Notes under the pieces: generated by a model
Seen by the model: the letters and a program-made list of their open reading frames with translations, nothing else
Databases searched by the model: none
Told to the model about the DNA's origin: nothing
Source of the DNA: an uncultured virus (IMG/VR IMGVR_UViG_2061766007_000731)
Taxonomy: Duplodnaviria; Heunggongvirae; Uroviricota; Caudoviricetes
Virus record (IMG/VR): IMGVR_UViG_2061766007_000731
Direction: 5' to 3' (one strand)
Length of the DNA stretch: 45,123 nucleotides
Program-made: the position numbers and the translations under genes
In this document: positions 26,701 through 40,447 of the stretch, in pieces
Numbering within the stretch: the first letter of the stretch is position 1
Layout: each line of letters begins with the position of its first letter

Positions 26701-29700
26701 CATATTTTTTAGGAGATGTTCTATTATCTACCGAATTTAATAAAATTACAGATGGGTTTTATTGAGCGCATGATGGTAAATACGAACCAAATGCCGAAAA
26801 CGGCGATTATGTTAAATATTCTGGTGGTAATTCCGATGGTAATGATAATGAAAAATTGCTTGGTATTAATGGTGAAAAAGTAGAAAAGCGAAATGGAAAA
26901 TATGTTGTTTTTAATAAAGAATTACAAGGCTATGTTCCATTTTCTGAAAATGATTTACAATTAAGTGATGATTTTTATGCGCATGATGCGGCTAAAAGAC
27001 TTTTTGCTTCATATAAACGTACTGTAATTAATGGCGCTAATATTGAACTTTATAGTCCTAAAAAATATGGTATTGCTGATAGATTTACATATGCATTAGT
27101 AAAAGATTTACCAGGTACTGTCTGGAATATGATGGGATTACAAAAAACAAACTTAGATTCAATGGATGGATCTAGTTTAGTACATCCTGTATTTGCAACA
27201 CTATGTGGTTGATCATCTCCTAGTGGAAAAGTTACATATGATAATAAAACTATTTGTGGCGATATATTTGCTAAGTTTGGAGTTCCATTTATGATGAAAC
27301 ATGCTGAATTTGGTCTCACTAATCAACGTAGGCAAATGGGATACACTTCTGATTGTTCGGTAGAACATATATATCAAATGATGTCAAGTAAACAATTACC
27401 AAAATTTGTTAAACTTGAAGACTATTATGGATATAGAAGAAAAAGTACAAATAATCAGAAATATGGTAGAGATGATTTTCAAAAATTATACAAACGCGAT
27501 CCTTTTTCACCAACAGATTCTGGCGAACCTAGATATTATTTAATTTCAAATTTAGAAACTAAAGAGTATCAAGTTCAGAATCAAAATGGTGAATATGTTT
27601 CAAAATATGTATGTGAATATTTATTAACAGAAGTTGATAAGGATGGTATAGAAATTGGACAACCTACACGAGAAACTAAAACTATTAACAATCTATATGA
27701 TGTTGATCAACTTTTAGGCGGTGCATTTTGTATGAAACTTGGAGAAAACGGCCTAGAGGACTATGATGGTAACATTAGTGTAATATCAAATATTGTATGT
27801 GAGGAAGATTTAAAAGATTGTATTGTCGCATATTTTGTAAATAATTCTGCTAATAAAGTTGGTAATAGTAATACTAATGGTACAGAAGTATTTGAATCTA
27901 ATTTTGGTATAGACGTTGATGGAAATTTTAATACTTCGTTATTAAGAACCGCAGAGGCTTCTACATATAATCTTGGAAAACAAATGAATCCAGATCATGA
28001 ACTTGAATTTGCACAAGTTAGTGAAATGTCTCAAATGATTTCTGCTTTAATTCAAGGTGGACATTTTACAGCCTTAGTAAATCAAATTTATGAAGAAATT
28101 GGAAAAGTTGCTGCTGAGGCTATGCGTTTAACACAACGTGCGATAGATAGCGGAGATCCTAAAACAGTTTATAGATTGCTTGGTGAAAGTTTAATGGAAT
28201 CTTTTGAACAAGGTAATAAAAGTACTACTGGACTTGCTCAATCGTTTCTAGTAAAAGCTAAAAAAGCTTTAGACGACGAAAATATAGCATTTGAAATTCC
28301 ATTTTCTGCTCCTACAATCAATGGCGCTTTTATTTCTGATGTAGTAGCTTCTATAAATAAAAAAGGTATTAGACGTAAATATTCTGGTATCGCGTCTATA
28401 TTAGTTCCTTCATATAAAATAATTCAATATTATGACTATAATGGAAAAAAGATGATGTTTAATGAATTTGCTAAAAACATCAGTAAAGATTTTCCAAGAA
28501 TTGTTGTTGATAACGAAAGTAATGAAGAAAGAATTATTAATAATAGAAAACATATAATATCTTTACTTAATGATCCAAAGTATGCTGTCGAGCATGGTGC
28601 TGTAAAAACATATAAAACTGGTGAGAAACCAGATATGGGTGATACAGTTTTAATTGAGGAAGTTACAACCGATGAAGAAGGAAATCCGTATGTAGTATAC
28701 AATCCAATAGTTCTTAATTCTTATGATAATTATGATAAAGTTAGAAATTTAATATCTAAAGGTACTACTATTTATAATTGGTTTATTAAACCTAGAGATC
28801 TTAGACAAAGTGATACAAAGTTTAAGATTAATCCAATTATTGATTTATCTAAACCAAAAATTATTTGAGCTCATCCTGGAATTGGTAAGACTGAGGCGAG
28901 AAAGGATATTCAGAATTTTGGAAACGTTATCTTAGATTTTGATACAGATTATAAAGATGTATACTTAGAACAAAATTTAGGCCTTNNNNNNNNNNNNNNN
29001 NNNNNNNNNAAAGCGTTTAAGAAAACAAAGGAATGAAAAAATATAAGAAGAGAACTTTATAAACAAGCTATTTTAGATGCTAAAGCTTCTAATAAGACTT
29101 TGTTTGTTTCCGATTTATTTTTATTACGCNNNNNNNNNNNNNNNNNNNNNNNNNNNNNNNNNNNNNNNNNNNNNNNNNNNNNNNNNNNNNNNNNNNNNNN
29201 NNNNNNNNNNNNNNNNNNNNNNNNNNNNNNNNNNNNNNNNNNNNNNNNNTAACATTAGTAGATCCAAGTAAAATCAAAACAACTGATAGATATTTATCAG
29301 ATTTATTAATTTCTCAAGAATATAGTATTTATGATTTAGATTCTGTTAGAGCGTTACATTATATAAGACAAGCGTTAGAAACTAAGAAAAAAACTGGAAN
29401 NNNNNNNNNNNNNNNNNNNNAAGTGATTAAGAATGCGTTATTAGGTATTGGTATTAATTGAACAGGCGCATTACAGTTTGCTAACTTTGAAGCTTGACAA
29501 AGACTTTTACAAACTAAAGTTAGAAAAGATATGGCAGATATTGATGCTGGTAGAATTCAAATGCAAACTGCTTTTATCAAAGAGTCTAACCAATCTACAG
29601 AAACTACTAATATTGATTTCACGCAAACTATTGGAATTTTTGATGTAAATGTCAGACATGCTGAAATGATAATGGGTAGATTACATGCGGCAGAACTTGG

Positions 29701-32700
29701 TCTACGAAATGGAGATGATATTTCTACTATTAAAACATTAAAGGATGAATTCTTTAAATCTAGAATTAAAGAAAGACAAACAATTGCTGGAGCTAAAAAT
29801 GTATATGATTTTGCAGTAACTACATCAACAGGTCATGTAATGTATGTTGCTATAAGGGACAAGCATAATAAAAAAGATTTAGCTCCCTATAGATTTGCTA
29901 ATAAAAGTTTTTCACAAGAATCAACTGGTATTTGATATAACAAAACTGAAAAAATTTCTGATTTCATTAGTGATACTTGTAAAATTGTTTCTATTCAAAA
30001 CAATAATAAAGAATTGTGTCCTTTAGTTATTGTTGATACCGAAGAAGATGCTGAGAAATTTTTAAATGGTGAAGGAATTAATTTTACTCATTTTAATGTA
30101 AATCCAAATAATTTCAAATATATTGTTCAAAAAGAACTTGGTTTTAAATTAGAGAATGATCAGATTATTTTAATACCAGCNNNNNNNNNNNNNNNNNNNN
30201 NNNNNNNNNNNNNNNNNNNNNNNNNNNNNNNNNNNNNGCAACAATTATTATATGTTGGCGCTCGTATTCCAACACAATCTATGCAATCTTTTCAAGCCTT
30301 AGAATTAATAGGTTTTTCTGATAGTGATAAGAATGAAGTTTATGTCCCTAGAGTTCAAACTTGATTACAAGGTTCTGACTATGATATTGATAAACTTTAC
30401 ATTTTATCTTATAACTTAGCTAAAGATGGAGTATTACCAACATTTTCAGCATTACAATATGAACAGCAATTAAAGGATTTGACTTCTATTTTACGTTTAA
30501 AGAGTCCGAATGGAAAAGAATATTCTGAATTAAATATTGATTTTNNNNNNNNNNNNNNNNNAATTTATTAGATAATATATCTATAATTAAATCTAATAAT
30601 TCGTATCGACTTATATCTAAATCAGATAATAATTCTTATATTACTTTAACTATTGAATCTGTTGATCCAACAACAAATATTCCAAGAGTATTTCGTATAA
30701 CAGATGTTAATTCTAATTCTATTTCTGAAGGAATTAAATTTATAAAAGGATTTGCGGATTTAATTTCAGGATATCCAACGTTTATATCTGATAATACTGA
30801 TACTAGTAATGCATTAATTGCAGGATTATTACGTTCAGATAATTATCAAATTGTAAACGATGGTACAACAAAAGTTTTAAATTCTGCTCAAAAACAATAT
30901 TCTGATAATAAAAATATCGCATTTATAACAAAAGACGAAGTTCATAAAGTAAACGGATTTATAGCGTTTGATGCTATAAATAAGATAATGTCTTCTAATA
31001 GTAATTATATTAANNNNNNNNNNNNNNNNNNTGAAGAAAAAACTGAATTTTTACGTATATTAAATAAACATACAACACATACAAATAATCCAAATAAAGA
31101 ACGGGCTCTTCAAAATGCAGTGGTTGCTGGTATTTTAAATTTACTTGAGAAAACCACAATTCAGCCATATGGACACAATCCTATTTCAATTGATGATTTA
31201 AAAGATTTAGTTACGGACAATCTTGATGATTTGCGCATGAGTATGGACAATCCAATTACCAAATTTATGATGCAGGTACAAAACATGGTTGGTAAAGAAG
31301 TAATTGGTATTTCAGCAGTAACACTTAAAGTGTTTTTTGCGGCTAGCACGTATATGAATAGAGAATTAGATAAAGCTGTTGAATCATATCAAGATTGTGA
31401 TGATATAGAATTTGCCAAACATTTAACAAATATATTATTTGTTGATCGTTCTAAAGGAACTCCTGAGTTAAACACGATGGCAAATTTAAATCTAAAACCT
31501 TTAGAAAATTTNNNNNNNNNNNNNNNNNNNNNNTCTTATAGATATTAAATATTTAGATAGTAAAACTTATAAACGTTTACTACCTGCTTTAGGTAAAATC
31601 AAAAAGGGAAATAAATTAAGTTTAAAGGCTATATTAGAAGTTGTATCTAAAAATTCACAAAGCCAAGATGCTGCACAAAATATTTCTGAATTATTAAGTG
31701 CTGCTACTGATAATGCAAAAGAGTTAATTCTTGCTAAAATTAACGCTACTTCAGAATTTGCTGATTTTTGAGGTGCTTTACTTATGACTGGGCATAGCTT
31801 TAAAGAATGTGATAGTATTATGAGATCGCCATTTTTAAATGCTGTTGCAAAAATGTCTAAAGGTTTTGCTATGAATAGCATTCATAGTAAAGTTACTTCT
31901 AAAAATGTATTTAAATTTATGACATTAGATGGTAACTTACCATCTATAAATAGCAAATCATTGAGAATAGTATTAGGGCGCTTCCCTTCAAAAGGCTTAA
32001 ATCAGTGTTTCTATTATAAATTATTATATGAAACTGATGAAAATGGTAATTTACTTACTTATAAAAATGGTAAAAAGGTACCGATTGATGGAAGAACAGA
32101 AGTCAAGGATCTTATAAAACGTTCAGATCCAGTTTATTTTTATCGTAAAGATTCTGAAAACAATACTTTAGATAGAGTTGTTGTTGATGAAGAGTATATT
32201 AAATCTATAGAAACCAATAAAGATGTTAAAAAACGAGATATAAAATTCTGATTAACATCTAACGCCGCTGTAGAAATTTTTATAAATCATTTAAAATCGA
32301 TAACTCCAGACATATCTTTCTCTAGAATTGTTCAAGATGATTTTGATCAAAATGATGGTGAAATTGGAAATGAAGAACAAGAATTTTATTCTGATGAAAT
32401 TCAAGATGACGATAATGTGGAGTTTATTGACGACGATTCTTATGATGTAGAAGTTTCTGAACAAGATCTCCGNNNNNNNNNNNNNNNNNNNNNNNNNCGA
32501 GCAAATATATTAGAAGAAAATTTCGATAGATTTATTCCTTTTAATACCATTGTTAATAAAGTAATGCCAATTACAGAAGAGTTGAGTATTTGTGGTATGG
32601 AGCTTGGCGTAAATCAAGGAATTCCTACTAATGAANNNNNNNNNNNCGTATTGAAAACTTTATTAATAAGGCATATTTAGATCATGACTTAAAAAATGAT

Positions 32701-34639
32701 TTTGACATAATTAAATTTATTGAAGATAAAGATTATCGAGAATCACATATTGATAAATACGAATCTATAAAGTTTGGATTAAATCCATTAGCTATTATTT
32801 CGAGAGTTCCTAACTTTGAACAAATGTTTAGTTTTTATGGCACTGCTAATAAACTTTTAAGTAGAAGCGCTCAATTTAAATTAGATATGCTATTAGCCAA
32901 AAAAGTATTAAAAGATAATAATACTAAACGATTAAATGTTAAAGAGTTTAAGGCAATTCATGATGGAATTAAAGATTCATTAATTCTCGGATGATTAAAA
33001 CATAAACAAATATCAATTAAATTACCAGAAGGACAGTTAATTTATCTTCGTAGAGATAAAAATAAAATTGATGAATTTTATACTCATGTCGGTGGAACTT
33101 TATTAAGTTTAACAACATCAGAAAATTTAGCAACATTTAAACATTTAATGGATAATTATGTTTTTCCTAAATTAAAACAAATGTACCCAAATAATGATTT
33201 TGTAAGAATGATAGATTCTACTACAAAAGAAAATAAAATTCATGAACAACTCGTTACAAGAAAGAGAATGCCTATAGATATGATGAGTGTCGATGATGTT
33301 AATCAAACAGATTTTATAAATAATATAATGCGTAGTTTTGGAGAAATTGCCGATGATACTGAATTTTTAAAGAATTTAGGTATTTCTGATGGAGATATTA
33401 AGCTTGGTGATTTAATTTATTTATATAATTTGTATGTTTATAAAGACTCGTTTAGTCAAGATGGATTTACTAGACTATTTGAAATAATGACTACTTATGA
33501 TAATAATTCATTGGTGAACGATTATTATAAATATTTATCTGATATAGATAGAGGATTGTCGTTAGTAGATAGTTTAAATCACTCTGTAGACGAAACATAT
33601 ACTATTGAAGGAAAAGAATTTGAAATTAAATTAAATAATTTATATTATCGTTTATCTCAATTAGCAAATTCTGATACTAGAATTGGTGTAACAGCTGTAT
33701 ATAATCAAGGATTATCCCAAATTCAATTTACAGATTCTTATGGTAATCCTGTTGGTAGACCAATTACAGTTCGTTGTAAAAACGCATCTGATTTCTTATT
33801 TGAATTACCTTTCTCTACTGGAGATATTACAACGGATGACGATTTAAAAGAAATGGGATTGGATGATTCAGATAAAATAAAACAACGTTTTAGACCAAAT
33901 TCGGAGCAAGTTTGAAATGCTACAATGGATGCTATAGATGATGTTTGTGGTTTAAATTCAGATCAATATGAAATGGTTGATGATGAATTATTATCCGATA
34001 AAGATAATTCTCCAATTAAAGATTTAGATCCAAGTATGTTAATTAGAGTAAATAGATCGTATGGATTTATTTATAAAGGTAAAATTTATATTAATTCATC
34101 TAGACAAAATTATAACGCAAATACAAAATTACATGAACTTTCACATGGTGTTTGTGCATTAATGAAATTTTCTACAGATCAAAACGAAAGACATTTATAT
34201 TATAAATTAATACAAGATGTTTATAATAGTTATTCTAAAGAAGACCTTATAGAAAAAGCTAAAAATCTAGGATTTAAGAATATTTATAGTTCTGATTTTA
34301 AAGAAGAGTTATTAGTTGATGCAATTGCAACAGCGTTTAAATCAGGTATAGATTCTACAGTATTTAAAAATCAAGAANNNNNNNNNNNNNNNNNNNNNNN
34401 NNNNNNNNNNNNNNNNNNNNNNNGCTTGGTATTAATATTAATCCAGAAGATCGTATTAATTTAGGTACTATTGGTAATACAGATTTAACAGCTTTGGTTG
34501 CAATGTTTGGAGAAAGATTTGTACGAAGCCGAGATAGTAAGCAAAATATGGCTAGNNNNNNNNNNNNNNNNNNNNNNNATTAAAAAATTCAGAATCTGAA
34601 TATAATCAGAGTAAAGAAGGTATTTATTATACTTGTTAA
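23799..34639 (+). CDS. Giant virion DNA-dependent RNA polymerase (crAss-type, ~3600 aa) with additional P-loop and zincin domains
   Basis: ARIPTQSMQS..VYVPRVQT-W(TGA)-LQGSDYDIDKLY (DYDID at 30377-30391). Also DSMDGS, SANKVG, KQMNPDH..SEMSQ, NMVGKEVIGISA, LLSAATDNAKELILAKIN. Starts MECVT and ends GIYYTC TAA. Confidence 0.88.
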
Positions 34640-34641
34640 AT

Positions 34642-37600
34642 ATGGAGTGTGGATATAAAGTAAAATTATTAGGTCAAAATGAACAATTTTTTGACTCTGA
34701 CGAACTTCTAGATAAATGGGTTCTTGATAATTTTTTCAAGAACCCTAAAAATCTAGAAAGATTGCGTAATCATACTAAGGGTAAAAACATTTTATTTGAT
34801 TCTAAAGAAGATGCAAATAATCATGCTAGAGCATTAGAAGCATTAGATAAAATTNNNNNNNNNNNNNNNNNNNNAGTGACCGTCATACATTTACACCAGA
34901 AACATTAGATTTTATATATGACGAAGATAACGATATATGAGACGTTGAAGCGCAAATAGCAGAAAAATATGATAAATTAGTTTCTGTTACTGATTATCTA
35001 AACGCCGCTGGTAATAGATCTGATTTAAATAAACCTTCTGTCACCGGTAGTAATCAAGACGAATATGAAGCAAAACTTGCAGATTTAGTTGAGATTAATA
35101 TGAGAAAAAACGAATACGATTCGTGAATAAGAACATATGGTGATTCAGACGCATCAAAAGCACAATGAGAATCTAAAGTAAAAGCTAAAAAAGAGGAAAT
35201 AATTAACAAATATCGTAAAAAAAGGGAATATGCTCAGTTAATTGGTGATGATATTCATAAAATAATGGAAACTCTTGCTTCTGAAAAAGCAGGAGTTAAT
35301 AAAAAATTACCTCCTGGCCATATTTTAACCAAAAAGGATCAAGAATTATATTATCCAGAATGTAAGAAAATTTTTGATGAAATTTGCAAACGATATAGAT
35401 TTTCAGATAAAGCTGTATTTTTACCAGAATTTACTGNNNNNNNNNNNNNNNNNNNNNNACAAAACGAGTATTAAAAGAAAAACTTGGGAAAGATGTTGAT
35501 GGTCTTCTAGGTCGTATTGACTTATTAGTAATTGATAAAGGAAAAGCTTACGTATTTGATTTTAAAACCACTGCAGAAAAAGAAGTAGGAGATTGATCTG
35601 AAATGGATAACGAAATTTTAGCTGCGAATGGATGATGAACTTCTACAAAAAAATTAGAAGCTATGCGACAAATTTCAATGTATTTAGCTATTCTTAAAGA
35701 ATGAGGTATTGAACCTGGAGCTGGAGAAGTTATTCCTATTACAATAAATTATGATAATGATTCTGACGGATACCCACAAAACATAAAAACTACTAAAATT
35801 ATTAAAGGTTCTGGATACGTAGTAAAAGCCGATTCATCTAACGATAATACAAATATTAAAGGTTTGCATTTAGATAGATCTACAGAAAAATGACCAGAAT
35901 CTGAGAGTTCTAAACGATCTTCTGAAAAACTTATTCGAAACAAGTATTTACCAGAAGCTATGAAAAAAATTAGCCCTATTGCGCCACTTAATGTTAATGA
36001 ATTAATAGAAGTTGATGAAGATGAAGAATTAATGTTTCCTTCTGGAAATGGTAATGAACGGGCTAAAGAATTTGAAGCTACTGTAAATTATTATTTAGGT
36101 AAAGATGAAAATGGTAAAAGAGTTAGACCAAGTCGTTTAGTTGAATTATCTTCAGACGATCCTAATAGAATTTTACATGGATATGCATACAAAATGTATA
36201 TATCTCCAAAGGTTGATGCCGGTTTTGGAGAAGGTAAACCAATTCTCTTTAAAAGTGATGATGATTCAGAAACTATTCCAAAGATTCAAAAATATTGTGA
36301 CGCTTTAAATAAATCTCGCCACGAAGAATTTAATACCTTTGCTAAGAATTTATTAAATATAATGCAAATAAAAGGACGAGATGTTTCTGAAATTGATGCC
36401 GCATCTACAGCTTTAGTTGGAAATGATCCCAAAAAGAAAGAATATATTAAACATATGTTTCAAAAATATATGGTTGGGGATTGAGATTTATATGGGGCTA
36501 ATGATTTAAACAATCCTTTAATTAGAAAAGGTATATTTATTTTTTATAAGAATGATGTTATCGAAGTTGTATGTTTGACACATGACTATTTACATTATGA
36601 AGTTAATTTTGGTACAAAAAGAAAACCTTTAAAATCAGTACTAAATGGGTTAACTTCTGAAAAAATGGATCCTTATGTATTTTTATCTTCTAGTAAAGGA
36701 AATATGATGTTAATGAAAGCATTAAATATCATATCTAAAGATCCAAATATATATCGTAATGNNNNNNNNNNNNNNNNNNNNNNNNATTGCTATTAATCCA
36801 TGAATGATGTTAAGTAATTGAACGGATAATGATACATTATATGAAAACTGAAAGATGATGTGTTTTTATAGTAATGGAAAGTTAAAAACTTTATCTAAAA
36901 ACAATTTTGTATCTCCAGCACAAGCTGCTTTAGAAGAAGCACATGACATACTATTAGAATCATCTATTTGAACTTATATTGAAAATAGTTTTGAAAATTC
37001 ATTACAAACTGAAGAAGATATAATTAAATTAATAAATGTTATTAAGCGTAAGTCTTCTAAAATATCTTTTAATGATGATGGAACTCCAAATGTATCAAAT
37101 CCAATTGGTTATGGGGTTTGATGTTTAATGAACGCGTTAAATTTAAAAAGAAGTCTTAGACTGCCTATAGAACATGATGTAGGTAAAATATTAGAGGGTG
37201 GTGTATTTCCAGTTGGAGCATTTGTTAATTCTCCTGGTAATGCTGTATCTACAACAATTAGAACACTTGATGTTTTAACAGCTTCTTTTAAATTAAAGTA
37301 TGAAGAATTAACTCAAGAAAGAGCAAATATGTTTAATAAACATATTGAAAAAATATATAAGCTTCTTAATTATAATCCAAATTTACAATCAAGAAAAGAC
37401 TTCTGATCTCAATTTTTTGTTAAAGAAAACGGAGTAGTATCTAAACAAATGCGTATTGTATCATTTGCTAATAAAACGTTTTGAGATAAATATAATCCAG
37501 AGGTAAAACTTTCAATTAAATTTATATTAGATACATTAGCTCAATATAAAAATATACCTTTAAGTAAAAGTGCCCCTACATACGAACAATCAGATCCTGA

Positions 37601-39524
37601 CAAATATTATGAAATGCCGTTAACTAAAGGTACATTTGGTGATTCGTTAAAAAAAGCAATAACAAAAGATGGCGCTAGGGGTGTCTTAGAGTTAACTAAA
37701 GATAGAATAAGAAAATTTAAAGAAAAGACGCAGGATCTTTACTTTGGCGATGAAACAATATATCAAGAAAAAAATAAAGATAATGTGGATTTGCTTCAGC
37801 CGTTAACAAATAGATATTGCCAATATACTGCCGATCAAAGAGCTGTATGATGTCAAAACGAGTATCAATCGTATACAACTGATTTTGAAGAAATTTTAGG
37901 TAATGTTGTTGTAGCTCAATCTATTTACGAGTCTTCAAAACTTTATGGATTTTTATATGCAGGATTAAAAGCAGCACTATCTATAAACGAAAAACTTGGT
38001 GGAGAAGAAGTTCCAGAATTAAGAGAATATATAGATAAATATATTACTAGAATTTACAAAGGACAAAGTATTATGGATACTTCATTACAAGGAGCTGCAG
38101 AAATAATAAATGCTCTTAAAGGTATAACCAGTAAAATGGCTTTAGGATTTAATACTAGAGCGTTTACTCGTGAATTTTTAGTATCTTGATATATTGGAAC
38201 AATTAGATCTCATAATAAAAAAATAGAAGGTGTTGATGGAGAAGATTTTGCATTTGGATTAAAATATGTATTAACTCACGCTCCAGCCAATTTAAAAAAG
38301 ACTGAGTTTTTAGGTCAATTAAATAAAAGATTTGGTATGGTAGAACAAAGTAGAAGCGAATTACCAAAATCTAATTTTATAAGCGATTTTGCTTTAAGAA
38401 CGGTTGATATGGATCAATTATCATTTATGGGTACAACGCTTCCAGATAATTGATTTAGAATGGCAATTGTAGTAGCTAGAATGCATGCAGATGGATGTTT
38501 AGACGCATATAATTTAGATGAACATAATATATTAAAATATGATGCTAGAAAAGATAATAGATTTAGTAAATATTTAACAGATAATGATGTTCCAGTATTT
38601 AAAAAATATGATGCATCTATGGGAAGTATGTCTGCATATTTAAATGCAAAGGCTATTTGAGATAATTATCTTAATGAATGAAGAATTCAAAAACAAGATA
38701 ATACTTTACTTACATTACCAGAAGCATATCCTCCTAAAGTTATAAGAACTTTACAACAACAAGCTGGTGAATTATATGGTTTCTTTGATGAAGATCAAAA
38801 GTCTTTAATGTGTTCACAGTTCATAGGTTCAGCAATAATGCAATATAAAACATGATTGTCCTCTAAAATTGACCAATGATTAAAAAGACCAGGTTTTGCT
38901 AATATTTGAAGACAAGTTCATGTAACAAACGGAGACGGTAAAAAAATATATATATTAACTCATACTACAGATGAGATTAAAAATGGAAAATCTCCTTTAG
39001 AATTTATTACAGAAGATCAAATAACACAAGATATGGTTAATTCTGGAAACATAGTACCTTATATTGTTGAACAAGGTACTTATACAGAAGGTATGATACA
39101 AAGTACTATAAACTTTGCAGCATCTATATTAACATGAAATTGAGATGAATTCTTAAATATGTGAAAAAATGATCCTGTAGCTAGAGGTAATTTTATATGT
39201 GGATTTATAGATATGTGAGGAATGATGTTATTTGCAGGATTGGTTAAATTAATATTTGGTGAAGATGTTGTTAATAATAAAGTTGCTCAACCTTGATTTA
39301 CTCAATGAACATATGGTGTGTTAATTGGATTTTCTGAAGATGGCCCAATACATCAAGTTCTTGGAAGTATGGTTGGTGATTGAAATCCACCTTCTTTATT
39401 AACAGTTAAACGTTTAGCACAAACAACACAAAGTGTTTTACAAGGAAATAAAACTGTACCTCAAGGGTTTATAGAATCATTTGGAGCTACTAAAGAATTT
39501 AGTGGATTTTTTAGACAACAATAA
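34642..39524 (+). CDS. Large virion protein (~1625 aa) with an N-terminal PD-(D/E)xK (RecB-like) nuclease domain
   Basis: Starts MECGYKV. Motifs GDDIHKIME, GRIDLLVID..YVFDFKT (35510-35569) and RQISMY. C-terminal hydrophobic segment ~39190-39260. TAA at 39522-39524. Confidence 0.75.
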
Positions 39525-39574
39525 ANNNNNNNNNNNNNNNNNNNNNNNNNNNNNNNNNNNNNNNNNNNNNNNNN

Positions 39575-39968
39575 AATTTTAAATCGGGATTTTCTAAATT
39601 ACCAAGAAATTTTCACAACCTCTCTTGATATTTTTTATCATATACGTTATCTATGAAATCTTTTTCATCTTCTATAAATAGATAATCTCCTTCTTTTAAA
39701 TTGCTCATGCAATTATAAGCTCCATAATTAATAAAATCAATTATGTCGAGAGAATAATANNNNNNNNNNNNNNNNNNNNNNNNNNNNNNNNNNNNNNNNA
39801 TACTTTGTATATACTCGTGGTCATAACATATTGTTTGTAAGAATATTTTTATCAAGTATAATTTTAATATGTGTACTATGATCTATATCATTAATTCTAA
39901 AAAAACCATCTTTTTTTTGGCGTACAAAATTGAATTTTCTTTATTTTATAGAAATTATCTTTAATCAT
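39575..39968 (-). CDS. Hypothetical protein (apparent frameshift at an 8-nt homopolymer; 3' end in N gap)
   Basis: ATG at 39968 overlaps the upstream TAA. MIKDNFYKIKKIQFCTP continues in a shifted frame as KKDGFFRINDIDH..MLWPRVY, and after a gap as ..YQERLWKFLGNLENPDL. Confidence 0.45.
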
Positions 39969-40447
39969 TATTTATTATNNNNNNNNNNNNNNNNNNNNNN
40001 NNNNNNNNNNNNNNNNNNNNNNNNNNNNNNNNNNNNNNNNNNNNNNNNNNNNNNNNNNNNNNNNNNNNNNNNNNNNNNNNNNNNNNNNNNNNNNNNNNNN
40101 NNNNNNNNNNNNNNNNNNNNNNNNNNNNNNNNNNNNNNNNNNNNNNNNNNNNNNNNNNNNNNNNNNNNNNNNNNNNNNNNNNNNNNNNNNNNNNNNNNNN
40201 NNNNNNNNNNNNNNNNNNNNNNNNNNNNNNNNNNNNNNNNNNNNNNNNNNNNNNNNNNNNNNNNNNNNNNNNNNNNNNNNNNNNNNNNNNNNNNNNNNNN
40301 NNNNNNNNNNNNNNNNNNNNNNNNNNNNNNNNNNNNNNNNNNNNNNNNNNNNNNNNNNNNNNNNNNNNNNNNNNNNNNNNNNNNNNNNNNNNNNNNNNNN
40401 NNNNNNNNNNNNNNNNNNNNNNNNNNNNNNNNNNNNNNNNNNNNNNN

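Noticed and set aside
30560..30960. Possible further inserted domain after the polymerase catalytic loop
   Set aside because: Flanked by N gaps, with no motif I can assign.
234..35943. Minus-strand ORFs opposite the virion genes (e.g. 8117-8581, 9521-9931, 20633-20968)
   Set aside because: Antisense shadows of long + strand genes with no recognisable motifs.
1565..36786. Frame changes within the long genes as programmed frameshifts or introns
   Set aside because: They coincide with N runs whose lengths are evidently approximate.
39525..39574. Bidirectional terminator at the convergence point
   Set aside because: Expected from the layout, but the sequence is N.
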